A DNA stretch of 38,343 nucleotides from Elusimicrobiota bacterium (GCA_036574205.1 JAINCQ010000022.1:1-38343); one strand, 5' to 3'. Positions 17,631 to 28,699 are shown, numbered from the stretch's first letter. The notes: generated by a model not told the origin, from the letters alone. A program made the numbers and translations.

Positions 17631-18472
17631 ATTTCGCCTTTTCTTTGTTTTAATTTATTAAGCATATAAAGTTCTTTATTGTGGCTTGTTTTTTCAAGCC
17701 CGTTTGAAAGTATGAAGAATAGGGTGTTGAATATGGTTGTAAAATCATTTATCTCATTTTTTAAAAGATTTTTTTGCGATGTGAAGATTATAGATGCGGC
17801 TATCCTGTCTTTTATTTTCAACTGCATTATATAAGTCTTATCATCTACCCATTTCGACTCTGAAAATGAGGCCGGATTTAGTTTTGTATTGGTTTCTTTT
17901 TTCAGTTCTTTTATTTTCTCAAATTCTTCATTGAAAAAGTTGTAATAAAATCCTTCTATCTCCCAATCCGGAAAATAGATTGATATCTCATCTATTATTG
18001 TTGATATAAAATCCTTTTCCTCTATATAATCCTTTGCCAGTTGTCTGGATATATCGTAAAGCATTGTTAACTCTTTGGATGTGTGGGATATTCTAAGAGA
18101 TAAAGTCTTTATTATGGCAGTAAATATCTTTATAGAGAAATCAGAGTTTTCTTTTATTACTTTGAAAAAATTATCCCTTGTTATTTCAAAAACTGATACT
18201 TCGGTAAGAGCCCTTGCTCTGGCTGTTCTTTTTGATTGTTCAAAAACAGCAATCTCCCCTATAAAATTTCCCTTTGATATTATAGCAATATCTTTAAACT
18301 CTGTTCTTTCCTTATTAATTGCTTTTTCTATAATAACATCGCCTGATTCTATGATATAAAGAGTATGAGAGTCTTCCCCTTCTTCAAATATTATGTCATT
18401 AGAAGAATAGGTTTTCTTTTCAAAATATTTTTTTATTCCTTCATCATTTAGCAACTCTATCAGATTATACAC
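17627..18472 (-). CDS. Cyclic nucleotide-binding domain protein
   Basis: IIFEEGED..LYIIESGDV, FIGEIAVFEQSKRTARARA. Probable GTG start at 18472 after GGAGG. No clear CRP HTH. Confidence 0.8.
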   Translation of the reverse strand: MYNLIELLNDEGIKKYFEKKTYSSNDIIFEEGEDSHTLYIIESGDVIIEKAINKERTEFKDIAIISKGNFIGEIAVFEQSKRTARARALTEVSVFEITRDNFFKVIKENSDFSIKIFTAIIKTLSLRISHTSKELTMLYDISRQLAKDYIEEKDFISTIIDEISIYFPDWEIEGFYYNFFNEEFEKIKELKKETNTKLNPASFSESKWVDDKTYIMQLKIKDRIAASIIFTSQKNLLKNEINDFTTIFNTLFFILSNGLEKTSHNKELYMLNKLKQRKGEI

Positions 18473-19535
18473 CAAATCCTCCCGCAACCAACTTTTTAAA
18501 CTTTTCTTTATCAGAGGCTTTTGAAAGAGCCTCGTCCATTTCTACAATGTTGTTTTTTACAAGAAGCGCAAGAGAACGATCCATAGGGATCATTCCGAAT
18601 TTAGCGCCGGTCTCTATCGCTCCATATATAAGATGAGTCTTGCCTTCCCTTATTATGTTGCTTATGGCTGATGTCATTATCATAACCTCCCTTGCTGAAA
18701 CCATTCCTTTGCCGTCTTTTCTTGGGAGAAGTATCTGGGATATAACAGCCCGTAAAGAAGATGCCAATTGTATCCTTATCTGAGTTTGCTGGTGAGGTGG
18801 AAAAACATCTATGATTCTGTCTACCGTTGTAGCTGCATCCTGAGTATGAAGTGTGGCAAAAGTCAAATGTCCTGTTTCAGCTGAGGTAAGGGTCAGTTGT
18901 ATGGTTTCAAGGTCTCTCATCTCGCCGACAAGAAGCACATCAGGATCTTCTCTCAATGCAGATTTGAGAGCATTGCTAAAACTTTTAGTGTGTTGTCCAA
19001 CTTCTCTTTGCCTGATTATACAGGATTTGCTTTCATATGTAAACTCTATCGGATCTTCTATGGTTATTATATGGCTTTTATATTTTTCATTTATCAAATT
19101 TATCAAGCATGCTAATGTTGTAGATTTACCAGAGCCAGTTGGCCCTGTTACAAGTATTAATCCTTTGGGGGTATTTATAAGAGATGTTACTTCAGAAGAA
19201 AGTCCAATTTCGCCGGGTGTTGGTATTTTTGATGGAACGATTCTTGCAACAGCTTCAACTCCATTTTTAGATAGAAATACATTAAGCCTGAATCGTGAAA
19301 GTCCTTTTATGGCAAAAGAACAATCTAATTCCCAGTTTTCCTCAAATTTTGCTTTTTGAGAATCTGAAAGTATGCTGTATATGAAGGATTTTGTCTGCTC
19401 CGGGGTAAATATAGAATCAGTAGTTATCGGAACAATATCTCCTTTAAGTCTCATAAGCGGCGGTTTGCCGGGAGTTATATGTATGTCGCTTGCTTTGAGT
19501 TCAATTGCTGTTTTGAAAACTGTCATTAAGTCCAT
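18465..19535 (-). CDS. pilT: Type IV pilus retraction ATPase PilT
   Basis: ASDIH, GPTGSGKSTTLA, TIEDPIE, ALREDPDVLLVGEMRD, AETGHLTFATLHT, AISNIIREGK. Confidence 0.93.
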   Translation of the reverse strand: MDLMTVFKTAIELKASDIHITPGKPPLMRLKGDIVPITTDSIFTPEQTKSFIYSILSDSQKAKFEENWELDCSFAIKGLSRFRLNVFLSKNGVEAVARIVPSKIPTPGEIGLSSEVTSLINTPKGLILVTGPTGSGKSTTLACLINLINEKYKSHIITIEDPIEFTYESKSCIIRQREVGQHTKSFSNALKSALREDPDVLLVGEMRDLETIQLTLTSAETGHLTFATLHTQDAATTVDRIIDVFPPHQQTQIRIQLASSLRAVISQILLPRKDGKGMVSAREVMIMTSAISNIIREGKTHLIYGAIETGAKFGMIPMDRSLALLVKNNIVEMDEALSKASDKEKFKKLVAGGFGV

Positions 19536-20353
19536 TATTCCCCCTTAAAATCTTTTCCTAAAATGATTCTAACATCTGAAATCATAAAAGTTTTTTCAAG
19601 ATATATTTCTATATCCCCCAGTTTTAAAATATTCATAACTTTCCTTGCTTTTTCAAAGTTTTCTATATTATTTATTATTATTGCTGTATTGGAGTCTTTT
19701 TGTGAATTTTTTCTGTCAAGCACATCTATTTTATTGTTTTTAAGAATTTTTATTACCTCTTCAATCTTTTTGCCAGCGCCTGAATTAATAATTTCAACCG
19801 ATATAATCTCATCTCTGGATACTGGCTTTTCAAAAGATGAAATTTCAAGATCTGTTTTTAGGAAAATTATCTGAGCAGGTTTTATATGAAGTGTTTCTAT
19901 CATAAGAGATATTTTATCAAAAAAACCGATGTTTGTTTTTAGATCAAATATTTTTTTAATCAAAAGAGGTAAGATAAGAGTTTTTTTTCTCCAGTGAGAA
20001 AGATAATCAGCAAATTTATAAAATTCAGTTTCCATCTCGCTTATATCTATATATGGTATTTCCATCTGAAAGTTGCCCTCAACCTCGCTAAATATTTCTG
20101 ATATGGTCTGGTTTATGCTTACTTTTTCTGAGCGTTTTTTTGTTTTAGTTACTTTTATTATTGCTTTCCCGCTTTTTGCATCATATGTTATGATATAAGG
20201 TGTTTGAGAATAAATCAGTATTTTAAAAGTTTCACCTCTTGATATTTTTTGGGAAATTGGGCTATTTATCCAGGCAAAAATTGATAATATGAGTATTGAA
20301 AGTGCTATTATGGCGATCAGCTTCAATCTTTTTTCAACCATAGAAATATCCAT
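19535..20353 (-). CDS. Membrane-anchored LytR C-terminal domain-like protein
   Basis: N-terminal TM; C-terminal VEIINSGAG...DVRIILGKDF. Confidence 0.65.
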   Translation of the reverse strand: MDISMVEKRLKLIAIIALSILILSIFAWINSPISQKISRGETFKILIYSQTPYIITYDAKSGKAIIKVTKTKKRSEKVSINQTISEIFSEVEGNFQMEIPYIDISEMETEFYKFADYLSHWRKKTLILPLLIKKIFDLKTNIGFFDKISLMIETLHIKPAQIIFLKTDLEISSFEKPVSRDEIISVEIINSGAGKKIEEVIKILKNNKIDVLDRKNSQKDSNTAIIINNIENFEKARKVMNILKLGDIEIYLEKTFMISDVRIILGKDFKGE

Positions 20354-21422
20354 CTATTTTTTTTATATATTCCTTTTTAAAACGCCTTGCCATAGTGTAT
20401 GCCTGATGTATGTTTTCAAATGCTTTTTTTCTAACAATTGCCGCTTCTTTGAAACTTCTATCATAGCAGGCATAATCACTTACATATATTATTTTATCTA
20501 ATAAAGACATTTTTTTTGCGCCTGTTGCGTGTTTTGATATGGCGGATAAAATTTCTTTGTCTTTTATTTTAAATTTCTTATTTGCGACTAATGCTCCATG
20601 CCATTGATGCAGTATCTGCGGAGCTAATTTAATTGCTTTTTCATAATTTTTTATTCTCATATTTTTTAAATCGGTTATCTGTTTTTTTATTGGAACTCTT
20701 TTTGAGATATCATGTAAAATTGAAGCAAGAAATGTTTTTACTGGATCTAATTTGTATTTTGCTGAAAGTGAAAGCGCAAGTTTTGTTGTGGATATTGTAT
20801 GAAAAAATCTTTCATTTCCAAGAATTTTTTTTATTTTAAAAATCAAATTTGAATAATAAAGCCCTTTTTTAAATATGTATTTTTTAATTGCCTTATCTAT
20901 TGAGCGATAGTCTGAAACTAACAGTTTGTTTCTGATATCTGTTGATGAAATATTTTTAAATCTTTTTTTTAATATAACTATATCCGGATTTTTTTTTCTT
21001 TTTAACGGAAATCCTTCTCTTATCCCGACAACAAAATGGAAGGTTTCTTTAAGTTTATCGTAGTTCTTCCATTTTTTTATATTATTATATGAATCTGAGC
21101 CGAGCAGGAAAAAAAACTTTCCCTCTGGATATTTTTTAACAAGATACTTCCCTATCTCATATGTATATGTTTTTCTACCTTTTTTAAATTCAAAATCGTC
21201 TATCTTTGCCTTTATCCTTAATCTTGATAGCAAAATTGAAATCATCTTTTTTCTGTATTTATATGGAGAGATGTGTTTATCTTTAAAAGGTGAAAGATAA
21301 GCTGGAAATATTATTGTTTTTTGGAGGTTGAGTTCCTTTACTGCTTGTTTTAGAAGTTGAATATGGCATTTATGTGGTGGATCAAAACTTCCCCCGAATA
21401 CAAGTATAGATTGATTTTTCAT
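20334..21422 (-). CDS. nadD: Nicotinate-nucleotide adenylyltransferase fused to YqeK HD domain
   Basis: VFGGSFDPPHKCH, LLGSDS, ISSTDIR; then RFFHT, ILHDISK, HATG, KIIYVSD. Confidence 0.9.
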   Translation of the reverse strand: MKNQSILVFGGSFDPPHKCHIQLLKQAVKELNLQKTIIFPAYLSPFKDKHISPYKYRKKMISILLSRLRIKAKIDDFEFKKGRKTYTYEIGKYLVKKYPEGKFFFLLGSDSYNNIKKWKNYDKLKETFHFVVGIREGFPLKRKKNPDIVILKKRFKNISSTDIRNKLLVSDYRSIDKAIKKYIFKKGLYYSNLIFKIKKILGNERFFHTISTTKLALSLSAKYKLDPVKTFLASILHDISKRVPIKKQITDLKNMRIKNYEKAIKLAPQILHQWHGALVANKKFKIKDKEILSAISKHATGAKKMSLLDKIIYVSDYACYDRSFKEAAIVRKKAFENIHQAYTMARRFKKEYIKKIDGYFYG

Positions 21423-21468
21423 AAATTTGTATAATTTATTATATTAAATTTGTTATCATAAGGTTTAT

Positions 21469-22203
21469 ATGATGAGAGAGAATTTAATAATATATATAGT
21501 TGCAGCGCCAGATTTAAGTCATACATTTGAAGAGCTTAAAACCGCTTTTGGTGTTGAAAGATCGATAAATATAAATAGGGATCTTTATATAAAGACATAT
21601 GAAAAAATATCCCGGATATATAATGCTCCTGTTATTATAGCTTATTCCAAGACAAAAAAATATTATGATCTTAGATGGTTAAGCGAAGCGGAACCAGGTT
21701 TTCTTGATGTTTTTGATATATCGTATCATCAGGCGTTTTTAAAAACCGCAGAGTTAGCTTTTAAAACTGGTTCTAAAAAAGTTTTATGGATAAATCATCT
21801 TTGTCCTTTTATAACACAGGATGATATTAATTTTGCAGTTTCAAATATAACCGATAAAAATCTTGTAATAGGTCCGGCAAAAAACGGAGGGGTTTATTTT
21901 ATTGGTTTTTCAAGGGATGCGTTAAAGATTTTTGAAAACATATATCCATTAAGGGAAAGCCTTTATGAAGATTTATTGGATAAAATAAAAAAGAACAGAT
22001 TTTCATATATGGATCTTGAGGAAAGGCTATTGATAAAGGATAATGAATCGCTTAAAGCATGGATTGAAAGTGGGGATTATATCGCGGATTTAAAAAAATT
22101 ATCTGCTATGCAGGAAACGTCCTCAGATGCGGAAAACAAGCCTAAAAAAAAGCATAAGGAAAAAGATCTACCCACTCATCAAACGGGGGATAATCTGGCT
22201 TAG
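21469..22203 (+). CDS. Divergent DUF2064/TIGR04282-like (glycosyltransferase-fold) protein
   Basis: KKVLWINHLCPFIT, LVIGPAKNGGVYFIG resemble the family's GxDxPxL and VxGPAxDGGYYLIG motifs. Confidence 0.6.
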   Translation: MMRENLIIYIVAAPDLSHTFEELKTAFGVERSININRDLYIKTYEKISRIYNAPVIIAYSKTKKYYDLRWLSEAEPGFLDVFDISYHQAFLKTAELAFKTGSKKVLWINHLCPFITQDDINFAVSNITDKNLVIGPAKNGGVYFIGFSRDALKIFENIYPLRESLYEDLLDKIKKNRFSYMDLEERLLIKDNESLKAWIESGDYIADLKKLSAMQETSSDAENKPKKKHKEKDLPTHQTGDNLA

Positions 22204-22305
22204 ATTTTAAATAGGGATCACTTAAAATCTATTTATGTTTTTGATATCTATAAGAATTGGCCTTATTAGAATTTTTCAGTTATTCTTTAAAAGATAGGAG
22301 TATTT

Positions 22306-23633
22306 ATGAAAAACAGTATTATAGATAATATTATGAAACACTTGCGGGGATTTGACGCTCATGTAATTTTATATTCAGGCGTTAGAAACCTTACAAGATT
22401 TGGAGACAACGAAATATCGCAAAATGTCTCATCAAAAGATATCTATGCTTATGTCAGAATTTCAGATGGAGAAAAAGTGGTTAAGTTTGTGATATCTAAG
22501 TTTGATGGTGATTCTATAAAATCCTCTTTTGATAATGCTAAGAAGATAATCAAACTAACAAAAAAAGCGGATTTTATCCCCCAGCTGACTAAAACTACTG
22601 TTAAAATTGATGGGAAAAGCCATTATGATGAATCTGCATTTTTAACCCCTTATCAACTTATCAAAGGGCTGAAAAAATAGGAAAGATTCTTAACTTCTGT
22701 AAAAAAACCGGTAGACTTTCATACGGAATAATATCAAATTCAACAGCAGAGATTATAGTAGCCAATAATAAAGGGCTTTATCAGAAGAATATTTCAACAT
22801 CCGTAGATTATGAGATTACTATAAATAACAAAGGAGCATATGGTAAAGCGGCGGCTTATTCATATAAATGTGACATTGACTTTGATGGTGTTAATGAAAA
22901 AGCTGTTTTAAAAGCTGATTTAGCAAAAGATCCAGTTGAGATAAAACCCGGAAAATATACAGTAATAATGGAACCGCTTGCAGTTGGATCTTTTTTTGTT
23001 TTTTTTGGATATATGGGTTTTAATGCTCTTGCTTATTATGAAAATAGAAGTTTTGCAAGCGGGAATCTTGGCAAAAAGATATTCAATGATAAACTGACTA
23101 TCGTAGAGGATCCTTTTGCCCTTCCATATCCTGTTATGCCTTTTGATTTTGAAGGTATGCCGAGGCAAAGAGTCGTTCTGGTTGAAAATGGTGTTTTAAA
23201 AAATCTTGTAACAGATAAAAAAACCGCAAAACTTACTGGATTAAAATATACCGGGCATTCGCTTTTTGAGCCAAATGCCGTTGGCGCTGTTCCAGCTTCT
23301 TTATGTATTGAAGGGGGAAAGAAATCTCTTAAAGAAATCATATCTGAAACGGAGTATGGGATTTTAGCGACGGAGTTTCATTATACAAACCCATTGAAAC
23401 CAAAGACTCTTGAAATAACTGGAATGACAAGGAATGGCACATATCTTATAGAAAATGGCAAAATTAAAAAAGCTGTAAAAAACATGAGATTTACACAAAG
23501 CATGGTGGATGCTATGAATAATATAATTGATATAAGCTCAGAGAGAGAAGCATATCCTGAATGGGGGCAGGTAATGCTTATCCCTGCAATTAAAGTTTCT
23601 AATTTTAATTTTTCATCTACCACTGAGTTTTAA
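22306..23633 (+). pseudogene. pmbA: TldE/PmbA family protein, frameshifted
   Basis: LTRFGDNEISQN; PGKYTVIMEP; FDFEG; TGMTRNGTYLIENG; NMRF. Frame broken by CTTATCAA x2 at 22649-22664. Confidence 0.8.
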
Positions 23634-23649
23634 ACACTATGGAGGAAAT

Positions 23650-25085
23650 ATGAAAAGCATTGCGGCCAAAGCTGTTGAGATAATGAAGTTTAAAAAAGTT
23701 GATTTTGGTGATATAAGAATAATAGAGGAAAGAGTACAAAGTATTTCTGTTAAAAATATGGAGATATCTGAATTAAAAGACGACACGACCCTTGGTTTTG
23801 GAGTCAGGGTTCTTTATAATGGGGGCTGGGGATTTGCATCAAGTAATATAATGAATATGAGTGAAGTTGAAAAAGTTGTTAATTTAGCTATTGATATAGC
23901 AAAATCTTCTTCAGAACATATAAACAAAAAAGTAAAACTTGCTTTTGAGCCATCTTATCAGGATATATGGAGAACTCCATATTTAAAAGATCCTTTTTCA
24001 GTTCCAATAGAAAAAAAACTTGAAATTTTGTTTAAAGTCAATGAGATTTTATTGAAAGGCGGTAAGATAAAAATAGCAAATTCAAAGATGGATTTTGTAA
24101 AAACTCATAAAAGGTATGCATCTACCGAAGGATCTGATATAGAGCAGATTCTTGTTTATTCTGGAGCTGGATATAATGCTGTTGCGATAGGCCAGGAAGT
24201 TCAAACAAGATCATACCCCGGAGGCACGCTTATATGCTTTCCATGGGTTATGAATATATAGAAAATCTGGATTTAGTTGGTAATGCTGAAAGAACAAGAG
24301 AGGAAGCTATTGCTCTTTTAAGCGCTCCAAACTGCCCGTCTGATGAGATGGATTTGATAATATACGGCGATCAACTTGCGCTTCAGATACATGAATCCAC
24401 AGGGCATGCCTCGGAGCTTGATAGAGTATTAGGGTATGAAGAATCTTATGCTGGATCAAGCTTTCTGACTACTGAAAAACTTGGCAAGTTTAGATATGGA
24501 AGCGATATAGTTAATCTGGTAGCAGATACAACCCTGCCCGGCGGACTTGCCACCTGTGGATATGACGATGATGGGGTAAAAGCCCAGAGATGGCATATAG
24601 TAAAAAACGGAATTTTATCTGGTTATATGACCAATAGAGAATTTGCTCATGCCATAGGACATACAAGAAGTTTAGGAGCAAACAGATCGGATTCTTACAG
24701 GAGTATTCCTATAATAAGAATAACTAACTTAAGTTTGATGCCCGGCGAATGGGAATATGAAGATATGATAAAAGATATAAAAAAAGGGATTATTTTAGAA
24801 AACAATAAATCCTGGAGTATAGATCAGAAAAGATTGAATTTCCAGTTTGGTTGTGAGATTGGCTGGCTTATAAAAAACGGAAAAATAACAAAAATGGTTA
24901 AAAATCCAGTTTATCAGGGGATAACTCCAAAGTTTTGGGGAAGTTGCGATGCTATAGCAAATGAAAAATACTGGAAGTTATATGGTGTTTCAAACTGCGG
25001 AAAGGGACAGCCTACACAGATATTCAGAATGAGCCATGCATCAAGCCCTGCAAGATTTAGAAAGGTGAAAGTTTTTTCAAGATAA
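23650..25085 (+). pseudogene. tldD: TldD family metalloprotease, frameshifted
   Basis: GFGVRVLYNGGWGFA; HESTGHASE (HExxGH); DDDG; NCGKGQP. Frame break near 24222. Confidence 0.82.
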
Positions 25086-25092
25086 TTTCTAA

Positions 25093-25839
25093 ATGCCTAA
25101 AATTAATTTCAGATGGCAGAAAAGTTTTTTTACTCCAGATTTTTTTGATTTTGATTTTATCCCGCAGAAAGATACTTTCAAAGAGGTTAATTTCATAATA
25201 AAATCTTCAAAAATAGGAGAAGGTGCTAAGATTCTTGATATACCCTGTGGTGTAGGAAGACATTCTATTATTCTTGCATCAAAAGGTTTTAATGTCGTTG
25301 GGGTTGATTTTGCTTCTCATTATCTTGATCAAGCTAAAAAAACAGCAAGAAAGAATAATATTAAGAATATAAAGTTCATTAAAAAAGATATGCGAAAAAT
25401 TAATTTTAATTGTGATTTTGACCTTGTTATTAATATGTATACCTCATTTGGATATTTTAATGAGAAAGAGAATTTTAAGTTTTTAAAAAAGATTTACAAA
25501 GCGCTTAAGAAAAATGGATTGTTCATTCTTGACATCATAAATGGGGAGTATATCAAAAAAAGATTTAAACCAAAAGATTGGATTATATTTGGTGATGGGA
25601 CAGTTCATTTAGAGGAGACGAGGTTTTTAAAAAAGAATTTAATTCAAAGCGTCTGGTATAAGATTAAAAATTCAAGTATAAAAAGAAGAAGTTTCGTTTT
25701 AAGAATATACGATAAAGATTCTATTAAGGAAATTCTTGAAAAGGCAGGGTTTAAAATTGTAAAATTTTATGGCGATTTTAACGGCAATAGGTTAACTTCA
25801 TTTTCAAAAAGAATTATTATTCTGGCGGAGAAAAAATGA
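25093..25839 (+). CDS. Class I SAM-dependent methyltransferase
   Basis: ILDIPCGVGRHS, GVDFA, DMRK, NMYTSFGYF. Confidence 0.88.
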   Translation: MPKINFRWQKSFFTPDFFDFDFIPQKDTFKEVNFIIKSSKIGEGAKILDIPCGVGRHSIILASKGFNVVGVDFASHYLDQAKKTARKNNIKNIKFIKKDMRKINFNCDFDLVINMYTSFGYFNEKENFKFLKKIYKALKKNGLFILDIINGEYIKKRFKPKDWIIFGDGTVHLEETRFLKKNLIQSVWYKIKNSSIKRRSFVLRIYDKDSIKEILEKAGFKIVKFYGDFNGNRLTSFSKRIIILAEKK

Positions 25840-26999
25840 GGGAAAAGATATCAGTTAAATTTCTGAAATCTTTTGTTTTTCTAATATTTTTTTTCGCTTT
25901 CGTTAGTGGCATTATTGGAAAGGTAAAAGACCTTTATTGCGCAGATAAAAATAAAAAAGAAGATGATAAAAAACACGATTATAGTAACAAGAAAATTTTG
26001 AAGGAAGCAATGTATTATGAAAAATTGAAGGATAAAAAAGTTAAATGCAATCTTTGTCCAAGAAGCTGCGTTTTATCAGATGGCCAGACTGGTTTTTGCA
26101 GAGCAAGACAAAATATTGGGGGAACACTTTATACTCTTAATTATGGAAGGGTTGTTGCAATGAATGTTGATCCGATAGAAAAAAAACCTTTTTTCCATGT
26201 TCTACCGGGTTCAAAATCTTTTTCAATAGCCTGCGCAGGATGTAATCTAAGATGCAAATATTGTCAGAACTGGCAGATATCACAAAGAAGCCCGGATGAG
26301 ACTGAATATGAAGAATATTCACCTGAAAAACTTGTTGAATTAGCACTTAAAAGCGGATCAAAATCAATAGCTTATACATATTCAGAACCAGTTGTTTTTT
26401 ATGAGTATATGATTGATACAGCAAAGATTGCAAGAAGCAAAGGGCTTAAAAACATAGTTGTAACAGCTGGTTTTATAAACAAAGAGCCGCTTGAAAATTT
26501 GCTTAAATATATTGACGCTATAAAAGTTGACTTAAAAGGATTTAATAAAAATTTTTATTTAAAGTATACATCCGGTGGTATTGAACCGATACTTGAATCT
26601 CTTAGGACGATAAAAAAGTCTGGAAAGTGGCTTGAGATAGTTAACCTTGTAATACCTGGTGCAAATGATAATGAGGAAGATATAAAGGGTTTATGCAACT
26701 GGATTAAGGAAAATCTTGGGACTGATGTGCCGGTTCACTTTACAAGATTTTATCCCAATTATAAAATGATGGATACTCCTCCAACTCCGCTTGAAACTTT
26801 AGTGAAGGCTAGAGATATTGCGAAAAAAATTGGCTTGAAATATGTTTATACGGGAAATATAAACTATTCTGAGGGAGAAACGACTTATTGTAAAGATGGA
26901 AGTATTGCGATTGAAAGGAAAGGATTTTTTGTAATCAAAAATAATTTGAAAGATGGAAGATGTCCTTCTGGCGATAAGATCCCCGGTGTGTGGAAGTAG
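25836..26999 (+). CDS. amrS: AmmeMemoRadiSam system radical SAM enzyme
   Basis: CNLCPRSC...GFCRARQN, VDPIEKKPFFH, GCNLRCKYCQNWQISQ, AYTYSEP, HFTRFYP, YVYTGN. Confidence 0.9.
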   Translation: MREKISVKFLKSFVFLIFFFAFVSGIIGKVKDLYCADKNKKEDDKKHDYSNKKILKEAMYYEKLKDKKVKCNLCPRSCVLSDGQTGFCRARQNIGGTLYTLNYGRVVAMNVDPIEKKPFFHVLPGSKSFSIACAGCNLRCKYCQNWQISQRSPDETEYEEYSPEKLVELALKSGSKSIAYTYSEPVVFYEYMIDTAKIARSKGLKNIVVTAGFINKEPLENLLKYIDAIKVDLKGFNKNFYLKYTSGGIEPILESLRTIKKSGKWLEIVNLVIPGANDNEEDIKGLCNWIKENLGTDVPVHFTRFYPNYKMMDTPPTPLETLVKARDIAKKIGLKYVYTGNINYSEGETTYCKDGSIAIERKGFFVIKNNLKDGRCPSGDKIPGVWK

Positions 27000-27088
27000 T
27001 TTAAAAATATTAATCTTTAAGCAATTTTTACATTAGATAAAATATTTTTTCTGTTTTTAAAATTTTATAATATGATTTTGGAGGTGTT

Positions 27089-28699
27089 ATGAAATTTGAA
27101 TATAAAAAAATTGTGGATTATGAAAAACAAAATGTTAAATATAGATTGTTAACTGATAAGTATGTTAAAACTTTTAAATGTGGTGGGAAAAAAATTTTGA
27201 AAGTAGAGCCAAAAGCCCTTGAAATAATTTCAAAAGAGGCATTTAGGGATCTTGAGTTTTTATATAGAAGCTATCACCTTAAACAGACTGCCGCTATCTT
27301 AGATGATCCTGAGTCTTCGGATAATGATAAATATATTGCATATCTTTTCCTTGAAGATGCTGTTATATCTAAAAATTTTGAACTCCCCTTGTGTCAGGAT
27401 ACAGGAACCGCTACAGTTATTGCCAGAAAAGGAGATATGGTTTTTACAGGGGTTGAAGATGAAAAATATATTTCGAAAGGAATTTTTGAGACATATCAGA
27501 AAGAAAATTTAAGATATTCCCAGACAGCACCTGTTGATATGTATAACGAAAAAAATACAGGGACAAATCTTCCAGCTCAGATAGATATTTATTCAACAAC
27601 TGGTAGAGAATATGAGTTTTTGTTTATTGCAAAAGGCGGCGGTTCAGCAAATAAAACGTTTTTATATCAGGAAACAGCAGCTATTCTTACACCAGAAAAA
27701 TTAAAGCCTTTTTTAGTTGAGAAAATGAAATCAATTGGCACAGCTGCCTGTCCTCCGTATCATTTGGTCTTTGTGATTGGAGGGACAAGCGCAGAGTATG
27801 TTTTAAAAATTGTTAAATTGGCTTCTACTGGATATTTGGATGGTCTTGATACTAAACCCAATGATAAGTCATTTGGATTCAGGGATTTAGAACTTGAAAA
27901 CTATCTTTTAGAACAATCTTATAATATTGGATATGGAGCTCAATTTGGGGGAAAACATTTTGCGCTTGATGTAAGAGTTATAAGGCTTCCAAGACATGGG
28001 GCAAGCTGTCCAATCGGAGTGGGATTGAGTTGTATGGCTCATAGACAGGCTCTTGGAAAGATAAATGAAAAAGGAGTGTGGCTTGAGGAACTTGAAAGAA
28101 ATCCTGAAAGATTCATTAAAGAGGAATGGAGAGAGAAATATGGTAAGCGCAACGGAGTTATAATAGATCTTAATAAACCTCAATCAGAGGTTCTTGAGAA
28201 AATATCTCATTATCCTGTTGGAACAAGGCTTTTATTGAATGGCAAAATAATTGTTGCAAGAGATCTTGCGCATAAAAAATTTAAAGAATTGATTGACAGT
28301 GGTAAACCTTTACCTGATTATTTATTGAAATACCCGATTTATTATGCTGGACCTGCAAAAAAACCTAAAAATAAACCATCTGGTTCTATGGGTCCGACAA
28401 CAGCTGGAAGGATGGATAGTTATGTAGATATACTTCAATCAAGAAGAGCTTCTATGATAATGATAGCAAAAGGGAATAGAACTGATATTGTAAGAGAATC
28501 GTGTAAAAAGTATGGAGGATTTTATCTTGGAACGCCCGGAGGACCGGCTGCATATCTTGCTGATAAATGTATTAAGAAAGTTGAATGTGTGGATTATCCC
28601 GAACTTGGAATGGAAGCGGTTTGGATGATAGAGGTTGAAAATTTTCCAGCGTTCATTATTATTGATGACAAAGGAAATGACCTTTATAAAATTTCTTGA
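27089..28699 (+). CDS. Class I (Fe-S) fumarate hydratase
   Basis: LPLCQDTGT, KGGGSANK, GTAACPPYH, RHGASCP, GPTTAGRMD. Confidence 0.95.
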   Translation: MKFEYKKIVDYEKQNVKYRLLTDKYVKTFKCGGKKILKVEPKALEIISKEAFRDLEFLYRSYHLKQTAAILDDPESSDNDKYIAYLFLEDAVISKNFELPLCQDTGTATVIARKGDMVFTGVEDEKYISKGIFETYQKENLRYSQTAPVDMYNEKNTGTNLPAQIDIYSTTGREYEFLFIAKGGGSANKTFLYQETAAILTPEKLKPFLVEKMKSIGTAACPPYHLVFVIGGTSAEYVLKIVKLASTGYLDGLDTKPNDKSFGFRDLELENYLLEQSYNIGYGAQFGGKHFALDVRVIRLPRHGASCPIGVGLSCMAHRQALGKINEKGVWLEELERNPERFIKEEWREKYGKRNGVIIDLNKPQSEVLEKISHYPVGTRLLLNGKIIVARDLAHKKFKELIDSGKPLPDYLLKYPIYYAGPAKKPKNKPSGSMGPTTAGRMDSYVDILQSRRASMIMIAKGNRTDIVRESCKKYGGFYLGTPGGPAAYLADKCIKKVECVDYPELGMEAVWMIEVENFPAFIIIDDKGNDLYKIS

